Assembly: GCA_038248345.1 (NCBI GenBank)
Contig: JBBRXO010000017.1
Span: 1-33,941, forward strand
DNA from: Armatimonadota bacterium
GTDB taxonomy: Bacteria; Armatimonadota; Hebobacteria; CAIYQO01
DNA: 33,941 bases
Direction: 5' to 3'
Of this stretch, positions 15,903-25,215 are shown piece after piece (the stretch's first letter is position 1; every line of letters begins with the position of its first letter). The notes below the pieces were generated by a model. The model saw nothing but the letters and a program-made list of their open reading frames with translations, did not search any database and had not been told where the DNA came from. Both the position numbers and the translations under genes were made by a program.

Positions 15903-17744
15903 CTATTGACCGAAGTTCATCATTGACGGGTCGAAGCCTCCTGGCTGTTCTGGCTTGTCATCTTTATGTTCAAGCAACCATTTATCCATCTTCTCAACGT
16001 TCTTCGAATCACCTAATTTGTCAAACTCAACCCTTAAGTCCTCATGGAGTTTTTTGGTTTTGTTATCACTCTGATAGGCATTCGTAAAGCATCGGATAGC
16101 GTCGTCATTCTTTTTTAAGAAGCTGTAAATCCGGCCAATCTGTAGATATAGCTCCGGGGCCTGGTCTCCAGAGTCTGGCAATGCTTCTTCCAGATATTTG
16201 GCTTTATCCGCCAGCATCTTTTTCTGCGCAGCTTCTCGGGTGGCATCATCCTGATTCCCGGGCGTAATAGGCATCGACTGCGGCATATATGACATATTAT
16301 AAGCCAATACTGACTGAACCTGTTTGGGCAGTTTGCTTCTCATCTCATATGCTTTAGGCAACAATTCGTTCGCTTTGATCACTTCCATTTCAATATCAGC
16401 CATCCAATAGGCTACTTCATCGTCCTTAGCCACTACGGGTGTCTGGTAGCGAATCGCTTCCAAGTAACCGCGTGCCAGGTCGCGCGCAATACCTGACTTG
16501 GATTGATACATCAGGGCATTCTTCTCTAGGTTCCAATCCAACGTTTTCTTTTCTTCCCATGGTCGGCTGTTGTCATCAACTTTAACGAAAGCATATCCGA
16601 CATAGAAGCCCTTGCTGAATCTATCCTTTGCATCCTGCTGGCTATAAAAGGTCATCAAAGTAACTGGGCTAATCTCTCCTGGCTTCAGGGCATAGGCAAG
16701 GTATTCAGCTAATGCCGGGAATGTACTCTGTTCCATGCGTTTTGAGGTTTGATTCAGCCAGCCATCTTTGCCCCATACGCCATTTGCGTCCATTGAATTG
16801 ATATCCTTCGAAGAGGCTTTGGCATTCTCTCCGAATGATTTTGGATCAGCGATAACCTTGGCGTACAAGTCATCGGCCTTCTTCTTTGCTTCCCCCAGAC
16901 TGGCAGCATCTGCCTTTTCTGCCGGGATGAATATCCAGCTTGCCTTGACTTCCTCGGTGTTTATCTTCTTCACGTATGCTTCACTGAAAGGATCCATTGC
17001 GCCCATTTCGGTGGCGAATTTGGTACCCATATACTCACCAAGGGTGCGCAGTGATGCATCAAATTTGAAACTCTCATCCTGGCCATCTTTCGCATCAAAC
17101 ATCATGCTTACGTACCAGCGAATAAATTCGCTTTCGCTGGGATTCTTCTTTCCCGGTGCAACTTCCTGCCCCTGCGACATCATGCGTGACATGGATTCAC
17201 CCAGAACCTGCTCGGTGGTTTTAACCGGAGGTTTGACAGTGGCTGTAGATTTAGCCGCTTCATCGGCCATTTGTTTCACTTGACTCTCCGCGGACTTTTT
17301 CTCACTGTCTAAATATGCTTGAGCATCAACTTTGGCGATCTTATGATATAAGCCATCGCTCATTTTGATACCAAATTTCTTCAGTGACTGGTTCAGCAGA
17401 TGTTTCTGAATTACTTCAGTGAGCGCTTCCTTACGCGCTTTGCTGATTTTGGCGAACTGGTCACCGCCACTACCGCCCATCATGCTGGCATAGCGCTCAT
17501 TGTCCGCCATCTTCTGCTCAAAAGCGATATCTAATTCACCGCGTGTCACAGAATCACCACCCACTGTAGCGATAACAGTCGCATCACGCTTGGCACCTGC
17601 AGCAATAGAGCCGCCACCACCGCCTCGCATCCCGGCGGGAATGCTAATCAGTGCGATACCTGCAATAAACACCACAATCAACACCCAAAGGATGATGGCA
17701 GTCTGTTTCGACGCCATTTTTCGGCGCATCGACATCAGAGACAT
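15903..17744 (-). CDS. Membrane-anchored SurA/PpiD-like foldase with degenerate parvulin domain and C-terminal TPR-like repeat
   Basis: N-terminal TM, VIATVGGDSVTRGEL (SurA_N-like), EVKASWIFI...FGENAKASSKD...LKPGEISPV (rotamase-like), TPR-like ELYLQIGRIY...DAIRCFTNA; AAAGGAG RBS supports start at 17744. Confidence 0.7.
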   Translation of the reverse strand: MSLMSMRRKMASKQTAIILWVLIVVFIAGIALISIPAGMRGGGGGSIAAGAKRDATVIATVGGDSVTRGELDIAFEQKMADNERYASMMGGSGGDQFAKISKARKEALTEVIQKHLLNQSLKKFGIKMSDGLYHKIAKVDAQAYLDSEKKSAESQVKQMADEAAKSTATVKPPVKTTEQVLGESMSRMMSQGQEVAPGKKNPSESEFIRWYVSMMFDAKDGQDESFKFDASLRTLGEYMGTKFATEMGAMDPFSEAYVKKINTEEVKASWIFIPAEKADAASLGEAKKKADDLYAKVIADPKSFGENAKASSKDINSMDANGVWGKDGWLNQTSKRMEQSTFPALAEYLAYALKPGEISPVTLMTFYSQQDAKDRFSKGFYVGYAFVKVDDNSRPWEEKKTLDWNLEKNALMYQSKSGIARDLARGYLEAIRYQTPVVAKDDEVAYWMADIEMEVIKANELLPKAYEMRSKLPKQVQSVLAYNMSYMPQSMPITPGNQDDATREAAQKKMLADKAKYLEEALPDSGDQAPELYLQIGRIYSFLKKNDDAIRCFTNAYQSDNKTKKLHEDLRVEFDKLGDSKNVEKMDKWLLEHKDDKPEQPGGFDPSMMNFGQ

Positions 17745-17848
17745 GTAATATAGCTCCTTTAATCCACTCTTTGATAGAATATACCGCACAATATCCAACT
17801 TGCGCGGCATCATTATTATACCTTTTGCCAGTAAAAAGCAAAAGTCAG

Positions 17849-18367
17849 TTAGCCCTTAATTTCACCACGTGCATCTGCAGCAATTTTCTTCAGCTGCTCA
17901 ATCTGCTTGCTGACATTGTCAATAGCAATATTCAAATTATTCAGCACGTTCCGCGCATATTCCAATGCTCCCTGGCGGATCGCTTCACCCTCCTGGCGTG
18001 CCTGTTCCACAATCCGTTGCCCCTCTGCTTGCGCCTGGCGAGTTATCTCATGATTTGCCACTAGTAAGCGAGATTCTTCCTGTGCTTTACGGATGGCCAT
18101 CTCCGCCTGTTCAGCGGCGCGACGCATGATATTCTCAGCGTCTTCATGTGCGTCGCTAAGAATTCTATCTCGATCACGCAGCGTGGTATTCGCTTCTTCG
18201 ATTTCCCGGGGGAGTGTCGCGCGAATCTGTTGGGTATACTCGATGACATCATCAATATTCAGGAGCATCGCGGAACGCATCGGGCGCCAGCGCGAGAGCA
18301 TGTGGCCCTCTTCGGGTCCATGCTCAAGCAGGTTTTCTACCTTATCCAACAGGCTATTTACATCCAT
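17849..18367 (-). CDS. Coiled-coil DivIVA/SepIVA-like protein of the conserved coaD neighbourhood
   Basis: LLDKVENLL...IRATLPREIEEA...RILSDA...HEITRQA...ALEYA pattern; directly downstream of coaD. Confidence 0.75.
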   Translation of the reverse strand: MDVNSLLDKVENLLEHGPEEGHMLSRWRPMRSAMLLNIDDVIEYTQQIRATLPREIEEANTTLRDRDRILSDAHEDAENIMRRAAEQAEMAIRKAQEESRLLVANHEITRQAQAEGQRIVEQARQEGEAIRQGALEYARNVLNNLNIAIDNVSKQIEQLKKIAADARGEIKG

Positions 18368-18409
18368 CGCTTCACCTCACTCGCCGTAACACCGGCAGTT
18401 AGAATAGCA

Positions 18410-18880
18410 CTACTCTTTTTTCTTCTGCAAAGCCTTAAATACCACTGGCGGGACAAAATTTGTTATATCCCCGCCAGCAGCATTAATCTCTTTCACTGCA
18501 CTGCTACTAATAGCAATCAATTCCGCACGCGCTGGCAAAAATAGCGACTCAATGCCACCAATTTCACGATTCAACTGCGCCATCGCAAGTTCGCTAGCCA
18601 TTTCGTTACTATCTCTCACGCCACGCACTATTACTTGCGCTTGCACCGTGTGTGCAGCCTCTACCGTCAACCCCGCCCAGGCAATCACTTCCACGTTCGG
18701 CAATTGCTGGCAACACTCGCGCAGTAATTCCACCCGCTCATTAACGCTAAAGAGCGGTTTCTTACCAGCATTGACGCCTACTACAACAACTACAGATTCG
18801 CATAAATTCACCAGCCGTGCCAGTAAATCCAGGTGCCCATTCGTAGGCGGATCAAATGTTCCGGGAAATAACGCGCGCAT
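18410..18880 (-). CDS. coaD: Pantetheine-phosphate adenylyltransferase
   Basis: FPGTFDPPTNGH, KKPLFSVNER, IVRGVR, ISSSAVKEI. Confidence 0.96.
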   Translation of the reverse strand: MRALFPGTFDPPTNGHLDLLARLVNLCESVVVVVGVNAGKKPLFSVNERVELLRECCQQLPNVEVIAWAGLTVEAAHTVQAQVIVRGVRDSNEMASELAMAQLNREIGGIESLFLPARAELIAISSSAVKEINAAGGDITNFVPPVVFKALQKKKE

Positions 18881-18937
18881 TACGAGATAATCCTTTTAGG
18901 TATCATATTAGTTTTTAGCTAAACTGTCAAAGAGTAA

Positions 18938-20062
18938 CTAACGCTTAACCTTTTTTGACTTCACAACTGGCGCTGATTCAACTGCCGCATCACCAGTTGC
19001 CATAGTGCCAAACTCTACCTTCGTTCCGATTATGGCGACCAATTCCACCCAGGTTTGCCCCGGTTGCAATGGGATTGGCTCACCAGCTTCATCAGTATAT
19101 TTCGTCAGTTTTGTGCGCGAACTCTTTTCCCATTTAATGGGGATCTTCTGCCCACCGGTGAGAAGATATCCCGTACCACTACCGACTACGGTCACCTTCA
19201 TAGTGATATCATACTTGTCTGTTGTTGTATATCGTTCATCCGCCACATTCTGGATGATAACATTCTTAACGACAAGCTGCTCTTTCGACTCACGGTCAAT
19301 ATGCGGTTTACCATCTTGTGCTCGCGCATAGCCACCTTTCTTCTCATCATATGTGTAGGACATCCTGAAGGCTGGCGAAAATTTAATGTTCACGACTGGG
19401 CATGGAGTTGCGGTGGCTGACATCGTACCACTGACAAATTCTGGGAGGCCGTTTTGCTTGCTCTCCCAACCGAGTTTCCGCGCCGCCTCGCGTAAAGCCC
19501 CCATCGAGGTATACATGGTATGCTCCAACGCCTTACTGCTTTTCTCACGATAAAACGGAGAAGCGTATACCCCACCCTTCAGCTGATCCAAATTGCGAAA
19601 TCCTGGTGTTGACATAAAGACTTCATTAGCTTCATTGCTTTGGCCACAATGAGCGTATATCGCATCATAACCTTCGGCTGTGTAGATGAAATGCGGGCGA
19701 GCGCTTCGAATGGGGCCTATAACACTCGGCTCACCTTGCAGATATACCGCCATGAAGCGCGTTATGCCACCTTCGGTGATTCCTTCATAGATGATATTTG
19801 CTTTACTGAGTCCTGATTGTGGACGAGCCTCCGGTGAGTTCTCGACCATAACAGCTATCGGGCGCCGGTTAAGTAGTTTCTCATCTGCTGGAAGACCATC
19901 AATAGGTGATACTATCGCCCCCTTGTTCACGGCGGTGTTACTATTATCAGAATTGGAAGAGGAATCGTTGCTAGAAAACGGGAGACAACCGGCCAGCGAC
20001 AATAGCGCCAAAAGGGTGCATAATGTCAGAGTAGTCGCTAATATTGGATTCTGCTTTATCAT
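18938..20062 (-). CDS. DUF3048 (YerB-like) lipoprotein
   Basis: Lipobox LAGC; RRPIAVMVENSPEARPQSGL, EGGITRF, IGPIRSARPHF, LQPGQTWVE. Confidence 0.88.
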   Translation of the reverse strand: MIKQNPILATTLTLCTLLALLSLAGCLPFSSNDSSSNSDNSNTAVNKGAIVSPIDGLPADEKLLNRRPIAVMVENSPEARPQSGLSKANIIYEGITEGGITRFMAVYLQGEPSVIGPIRSARPHFIYTAEGYDAIYAHCGQSNEANEVFMSTPGFRNLDQLKGGVYASPFYREKSSKALEHTMYTSMGALREAARKLGWESKQNGLPEFVSGTMSATATPCPVVNIKFSPAFRMSYTYDEKKGGYARAQDGKPHIDRESKEQLVVKNVIIQNVADERYTTTDKYDITMKVTVVGSGTGYLLTGGQKIPIKWEKSSRTKLTKYTDEAGEPIPLQPGQTWVELVAIIGTKVEFGTMATGDAAVESAPVVKSKKVKR

Positions 20063-20086
20063 GGTCAAATCCTTGTTAATTGCTCT

Positions 20087-20890
20087 TTACCAGGGACGCA
20101 ATCCCTCATTCTGGGATGCGTAGACATTATGGCTATGAATTGATTCCAGACTATCCACCCGCACACTGAACGCTGCCACTCGTGCATCCGCCCGTAACGT
20201 AGTAACGGTATCACGCAAGATATCTTCGACAAATTTCGGGTGATCGTAGGCATATTCCGTGACATATTTCTCGTCTGAACGTTTCAATAATGGATATACC
20301 TGTGCGCTGCCTTGCGCGGAAAGTATCTCCACCAGGTCTTCAATCCAAAGCATTCGCCCGGGCACCAGCTCAATAGCACAATCTATTACCGCGCGTTGAT
20401 TGTGCGCTCCGTAGGATGATATCTCTTTGCTGCATGGACATAAGGCTGTGACAGGTACGGCTACGGCGAATTGAAAACGAAACTCCGTACTATCTTGCCT
20501 GCCGCGGAAGGAGACATCATAATCAGCCAGGCTATCAATGCCGGATACGGGGGCACATTTACTGATGAAATATTTGAAAGACATCTCCAGATGGGCGACA
20601 TCCGCACGTAAGTTATTTCGAGTCTCCGTCAGTATCGCGCCGATCTCTTCCCGACTGATCGGTCGCTCGCGCCATTTGTTGAGAATAGCCAGGAAACGAC
20701 TCATATGGGTGCCGCGGAATTCATGTTTAAGATCCACAGCCAACGCGGTATTGGAGACCACGGTATCGTGCCCCCCACCCTTGCGTCGCATCAATATTGG
20801 TAGAAATATCCCGGTGACACCCACTTGCTGGATAGCAATTCCACGCTCGTCGCTACTAGCCGCCACATCTATCATCGTCTCATATCCCAT
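20087..20890 (-). CDS. folE2: GTP cyclohydrolase I type 2 (FolE2)
   Basis: IQQVGV, RGTHMSRF, LCPCSKEISSYGAHNQR, YPLLKRSDEKYVTE, PKFVED, ESIHSHN. Confidence 0.96.
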   Translation of the reverse strand: MGYETMIDVAASSDERGIAIQQVGVTGIFLPILMRRKGGGHDTVVSNTALAVDLKHEFRGTHMSRFLAILNKWRERPISREEIGAILTETRNNLRADVAHLEMSFKYFISKCAPVSGIDSLADYDVSFRGRQDSTEFRFQFAVAVPVTALCPCSKEISSYGAHNQRAVIDCAIELVPGRMLWIEDLVEILSAQGSAQVYPLLKRSDEKYVTEYAYDHPKFVEDILRDTVTTLRADARVAAFSVRVDSLESIHSHNVYASQNEGLRPW

Positions 20891-20959
20891 TTATATCCAT
20901 CAGGTTGTAACACCCCATCAACTACTGCTAATAATACCTTATATAGGGTCTTTACGGCT

Positions 20960-20979
20960 AGCAGCCCGGGAATTTCAAC
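20960..20979 (-). repeat. Partial copy of the TTGAAATCCCGGCTGC repeat
   Basis: Reverse complement gttgaaattcccgggctgct versus ttgaaatcccggctgc at 920-936. Confidence 0.45.
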
Positions 20980-21002
20980 GAATTTGTGATGCTGCTACTC
21001 TA

Positions 21003-21644
21003 TCATTGCCCGTATTTCTCCATATACCGCTGATGCCCGCGCGCCACTTCCTCCGCAGGGATGGGGATGGGGGTGCCGAGTTGGCAGGCCAAGTACACCG
21101 TTTTTGCCACATCCTCGCACATCACCGCCGCTTTCACGGCTGCTTTAGGCGTGGGGCCGATGGTGAAGACGCCGTGGTTTTGCAATAAAATCGCCGGGCT
21201 GTTGCCGATATTCGCCACAATTGCTTCGCCGATCTGCTCCTCGCCGATCTGGCAGTATGGGCCACAGGGGATCGCACCGCCGAATTCGTCGGCCATCGCA
21301 GTGAGCACCGCCGGGATCTCGCGCCCAACTGCGGCAAAGGCAGTGGCGTAATTCGAATGCGTATGCACCACCCCATTTACATCAGGGCGTGCTCGATACA
21401 CCACCAGGTGCGTGGGCGTGTCCACGGACGGATTAAGTTTCCCGTCGATTACCTTCCCTTGCAGATCGACAATCACCATGTCATCCGGCGTCAACGCCTC
21501 AAAGCTGATCCCACTCGGTTTGATGACTACCAGATTGGTCTCGGGATCACGCCCGGATACATTCCCCGAGGTCATCGTCACCAGGCCTTGCGCCGGTAGT
21601 TCCTTATTCAGCGCACAGACAATCTTGCGTAATTCTTTCAGCAT
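21003..21644 (-). CDS. araD: L-ribulose-5-phosphate 4-epimerase-like class II aldolase
   Basis: SGNVSGRD, IKPSG, PSVDTPTH, HTHS, LLQNHG, C-terminal YGQ; GAAGGAG RBS before 21644. Confidence 0.8.
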   Translation of the reverse strand: MLKELRKIVCALNKELPAQGLVTMTSGNVSGRDPETNLVVIKPSGISFEALTPDDMVIVDLQGKVIDGKLNPSVDTPTHLVVYRARPDVNGVVHTHSNYATAFAAVGREIPAVLTAMADEFGGAIPCGPYCQIGEEQIGEAIVANIGNSPAILLQNHGVFTIGPTPKAAVKAAVMCEDVAKTVYLACQLGTPIPIPAEEVARGHQRYMEKYGQ

Positions 21645-21655
21645 AATGATCTCCT

Positions 21656-23140
21656 TCAATCGAATAATGTTCCCTTGTTGAGCAACCCACCCGGGTCAAA
21701 TATATGCTTCAACGCGCGCATTTGCACGATACCTGCTTCACCGTACAACAAATGTAAAAATGGCGCCTTCAGCTTGCCGATGCCATGCTCCGCACTCACT
21801 GACCCACCCATATCCACCACTTGTTGTGCCCAGCGCAGGTATAGTTCTTTACCGTGGGTATACTCTTCCAGCGAACGTGGCAGGATATTTACGTGCAGGT
21901 GATTGTTCCCGATATGACCGAAAATCACCGACTCCAGCCCCGCCTTCGCCAGGTCGTTGCGGTACATGCGCATCACTTCATCCAACGCCGCATCTGGTAC
22001 TGACATATCCGTGCCCAACTTGGTCAACTGCGGCGTCTCACGTTTCCGCTGGTCGATCAGCATATTCACCGCTTCGGGGGTTGCATGGCGGAAGGCCTTC
22101 TGGCCGGCCAGCAGGCGAGCGTTGTCGGCATACCAGGTATCATCTTCATTACCGGCCAGCTCAATCGCCAGCGCCATCGCGGCCATAACCTCTTCCTCTA
22201 CCTGCGCAGCATCTTCCCCGTGGAATTCGGCATATACCGCCGTGTGGTAGTGCGGCTGCAGTGTGGGGATATCCGCAAATGCATTACCCTCCGCCTTCGC
22301 ACGCCGCAACAGCTCTAATACATCATGGTTAAAGAACTCGATTGCGACAGGCGTGCCTTCACTGCGCAACCGCTCAACATAGTTTATTGCTGCCAACTCA
22401 TCCGGAAGGAATACTGTCAGCGCCTGCACTGTTGCCGGAAGCGGAATCAGGCGCAATTCTATCTCCGTGATAACTCCCAGCGTGCCTTCCATGCCGATAA
22501 ACAAGTCGAGCATGTCCATGTCATCAGCCACAAAATATCCGGCGGCGCTTTTGCTGACTGGTAGCTGATAATCGGGTAGTTGGCCCTTGATGATCTTTCC
22601 GTTCTCAGTTGTTAGACTGAATGTACGTCCATGAGCGAATGTTTCACCCCGACGCAGGGATAGCATTGAGCCATCAACCAGCGCCACACGCACAGCCGTC
22701 ACCCAGCTACGCATGGAGCCATAATGGTAGGTGAGCGCGCCCGAGGCGTTGCAGGCGGTCATACCGCCCAATGAAGCAGTAGTCTCGGTGGGGTCGGGCG
22801 GAAAGAACAACCCCAGCGGAGTCAACACTTCACGCAGATCCTGTAGCAAAACTCCTGGTTGCACTTTAACTGTAGCGCAATCAGCAGAATGCTGAACTTC
22901 AGCAATATCTGTCATTTTACTTAGATTGAGCACATGCCCGCCCTGCGGCACCGCGCCGGCGACTATACCCGTGCGTGCCCCCTGTGTGGTGACTACTATA
23001 CTATGTTCGCTCATCTGCCGCAAAATATCGCAGACCTCTATCTCGGTCTGCGGAAAGGAGATCGATTCGGCCTCCCCTACCTTGCGTGATTCGTCGCGCA
23101 GATAGTCGGCATATTCAGCTGTGAACGGATGCTCGCTCAT
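21656..23140 (-). CDS. FAD-linked oxidoreductase (GlcD/D-lactate dehydrogenase family)
   Basis: QGARTGIVAGAVP, FPPDPTE, LGGMTACNASG, GMEGTLGVIT, FGHIGNNHLH, SAEHGIGK, FDPGGLLN; ATGA overlap with the upstream gene. Confidence 0.9.
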   Translation of the reverse strand: MSEHPFTAEYADYLRDESRKVGEAESISFPQTEIEVCDILRQMSEHSIVVTTQGARTGIVAGAVPQGGHVLNLSKMTDIAEVQHSADCATVKVQPGVLLQDLREVLTPLGLFFPPDPTETTASLGGMTACNASGALTYHYGSMRSWVTAVRVALVDGSMLSLRRGETFAHGRTFSLTTENGKIIKGQLPDYQLPVSKSAAGYFVADDMDMLDLFIGMEGTLGVITEIELRLIPLPATVQALTVFLPDELAAINYVERLRSEGTPVAIEFFNHDVLELLRRAKAEGNAFADIPTLQPHYHTAVYAEFHGEDAAQVEEEVMAAMALAIELAGNEDDTWYADNARLLAGQKAFRHATPEAVNMLIDQRKRETPQLTKLGTDMSVPDAALDEVMRMYRNDLAKAGLESVIFGHIGNNHLHVNILPRSLEEYTHGKELYLRWAQQVVDMGGSVSAEHGIGKLKAPFLHLLYGEAGIVQMRALKHIFDPGGLLNKGTLFD

Positions 23141-23442
23141 TCTTCGCTCTTCACCCTTTCGCCGCAAATGCATGGCGTAGCATGACACTTCGGGCAACCG
23201 TCGCCGTATTTGGCCAGCGCCACCTCTTCCAGGTTCACGCCGTGAATACTCGCCAGCGTCACCAGCCAGGCGTAAACATCGGCGAACTCCGCCTCCACCT
23301 GTGCCCGTGGCTGGCTACGCAACGCCCGCCCCAATTCACCGACTTCCTCGACAAACCAGATGAAGGTCTCGTGCCAACCGCGTCCATTATCCTTCTCGAA
23401 GTAAATCTCTTCAATTTTACGCTGAAATTCTGCAGTTGTCAT
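23137..23442 (-). CDS. MazG-like nucleotide pyrophosphohydrolase, single domain
   Basis: EEVGEL...EFADVYAWL motif; C-terminal CPKC-CxC. Confidence 0.88.
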   Translation of the reverse strand: MTTAEFQRKIEEIYFEKDNGRGWHETFIWFVEEVGELGRALRSQPRAQVEAEFADVYAWLVTLASIHGVNLEEVALAKYGDGCPKCHATPCICGERVKSEE

Positions 23443-23443
23443 A

Positions 23444-24706
23444 TTAGTTTGTCCTTGGAATTAGCATTAGTATAAAGTATAACAGACTCATCACGCTGAT
23501 GAGACCCACAGATCCCCAGGCGATGATATTAAAAGAGCGACTATTAGTGTACTCACCCATCAAGCGTTTCTTATTTGCCAATAGCACGATGAAGACGATA
23601 ATGATCGGCACCAGGACACCATTGATCACCTGCGAGATGAGAATCAATTGGAAGAGCAAATCTTTGGGCGTAACCAGAACGATTATCGATCCCACCACGA
23701 TCATTACCGTTAACATGCCGAAGAACATCGGCGCTTCACGGAAACGTTTATCCAGTCCACGCTCCCAGCCAAACGCCTCTGACACCGCGTAGCAGGTAGT
23801 AAGTGGTACAGCAGCCGCTCCCAACACGCTGGCACCGAACAGCCCGGCTCCAAAGAGCATCGGCGCAGCGCCATGCACCAGGTTGCGCAGCGCCTCCGCT
23901 GCTTCCCCCGCACCACTGAACTGTGGTGTGCCGAACCCTTGATTTAGTACCCCGGTAGTGATAATGATAAAGAAGGCGATGATATTGGCGGAGATTGCTC
24001 CACTGATAACGTCAAAACGACGCAGGCTTAGGTCCTGTTTGCGCTCACCCTTGTCCACCACCGACGCCTGTAGATAGAAGGTCATCCACGGGGCAATGGT
24101 GGTGCCGATAAGCCCGATAGCCACCTGCAGGTAGGTGACATCGTAGTTGCCCACCCATTTCATCGACGGCACCAGCATGGTGTGGAATACATCAGGCCAA
24201 ACGGGATTAACTGTAAAGGCTGCAATGGGATAAGCGAGGAAGAGAGCGGCAAAGAGCAGTAGCCCCTTCTCCACGATGATATAGCTCCCCCGCACCAGTA
24301 ACAGCCAAAGCGCAATGGCGAAAATCGGCACACTTAGGTAGACCGGTACCCCAAACATCCCCAGTGATACTGCAACACCGGCGAAGTTCGCAGTGGAGGA
24401 GACGAAGTTAGCGAAGGACATCGCCACCATAGCGAAGACCGTCCAGCGCACCCCGAAGTTCTCCCGGATGAGATCAGACAGCCCCTTGCCGGTAACCGCC
24501 CCCATGCGTGCACACATCTCCAGCACTGCTACGAGCGGAAATGTGATGATAAAAAGCAACCAGAGGAGGCTATACTTGTAGGCGCCACCCGCCTGCGCGT
24601 AGGTGGCAATGCCACCCGCATCATTGCCAGCGCTTGCCGCGAGTAAGCCAGGGCCAAGGACAGCCAGATATGCCAGCCAGCGTGCTCGTCGTTTCTTCAC
24701 CATCAT
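23444..24706 (-). CDS. NRAMP-family divalent metal transporter, non-canonical (NRMT-like) clade
   Basis: LGPGLL...GNDAGGIATY, RMGAVTGKGLSDLIRE, GTTIAPW; about 11 TM segments. Confidence 0.9.
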   Translation of the reverse strand: MMVKKRRARWLAYLAVLGPGLLAASAGNDAGGIATYAQAGGAYKYSLLWLLFIITFPLVAVLEMCARMGAVTGKGLSDLIRENFGVRWTVFAMVAMSFANFVSSTANFAGVAVSLGMFGVPVYLSVPIFAIALWLLLVRGSYIIVEKGLLLFAALFLAYPIAAFTVNPVWPDVFHTMLVPSMKWVGNYDVTYLQVAIGLIGTTIAPWMTFYLQASVVDKGERKQDLSLRRFDVISGAISANIIAFFIIITTGVLNQGFGTPQFSGAGEAAEALRNLVHGAAPMLFGAGLFGASVLGAAAVPLTTCYAVSEAFGWERGLDKRFREAPMFFGMLTVMIVVGSIIVLVTPKDLLFQLILISQVINGVLVPIIIVFIVLLANKKRLMGEYTNSRSFNIIAWGSVGLISVMSLLYFILMLIPRTN

Positions 24707-24899
24707 CCATCTTTCCCTCCACGGTGAGCCCCACGCAGCTGCGCTTACGGACTGACATTTCTATATTTAATATCTTCCCCGTCAGTAAGGTGTTTTCCTG
24801 CAAGGGTTCAAGCAAAAAGAGGACACTGAAATCAATAGCGGTAATTATATTCAAAAAGAGCGTAAAAGGGAGAATAATATTATACTAATGAACAGGAAG

Positions 24900-24937
24900 A
24901 AAGCGATCACATATTTATACCTTAATGTGACCGCTTT
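24900..24937 (-). terminator. Terminator of the DUF6754-htpX-MBL-DUF3006 operon
   Basis: Minus strand aaagcggtcacat...atgtgatcgcttt (one G-U pair) followed by cttcctgtt. Confidence 0.65.
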
Positions 24938-24981
24938 ACTTGCATTGCAATGTTAAAAACCGACTCCTGTTTTATCTTTCA

Positions 24982-25215
24982 TTACCTTTTGCAGCTTAGC
25001 TCGTCATTTAACTTTTTAATTTCACCTTTCGCTGCTAATGTCTGCTTAGTATCCTTGGTGAAAGTTAGCTGCAATATCTCACCCGGTTTCGATCCTTTAG
25101 GCAAACAACAGATAGGCACTGCTATCACCTCTTCTCCTTCGTCACCCAGCACGAGCCGAGCGATACCTTCATCGATTCCGTCTATGAACGCAATTATGGT
25201 TGACATCGTGGACAT
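24982..25215 (-). CDS. DUF3006-family small protein
   Basis: FIDGIDEGIARL...LPKGSKPGEIL pattern; GGAGG RBS; usual position after a ComEC-like MBL gene. Confidence 0.8.
   Translation of the reverse strand: MSTMSTIIAFIDGIDEGIARLVLGDEGEEVIAVPICCLPKGSKPGEILQLTFTKDTKQTLAAKGEIKKLNDELSCKR

Noticed and set aside
20983..20994. 12-mer tttgtgatgctg identical to 12223-12234 (possible second regulator site)
   Set aside because: Only one half-site, pointing away from folE2; one 12-mer match among the intergenic regions is plausible by chance
20891..21002. Riboswitch or Zur box upstream of folE2
   Set aside because: No recognisable THF, preQ1, ZTP or Zur consensus by eye
20538..21188. Long antisense ORFs (also 7553-8122, 16768-17283, 25461-25979)
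   Set aside because: Each lies opposite a well-supported gene and has no motifs
23137..23442. MazG-like gene as an anti-phage defence component
   Set aside because: Embedded in a housekeeping run with no defence or mobile genes nearby
24621..24854. 77-aa ORF as a leader peptide of the NRAMP gene
   Set aside because: TTG start without RBS; runs out of frame into the transporter; no regulatory codon pattern
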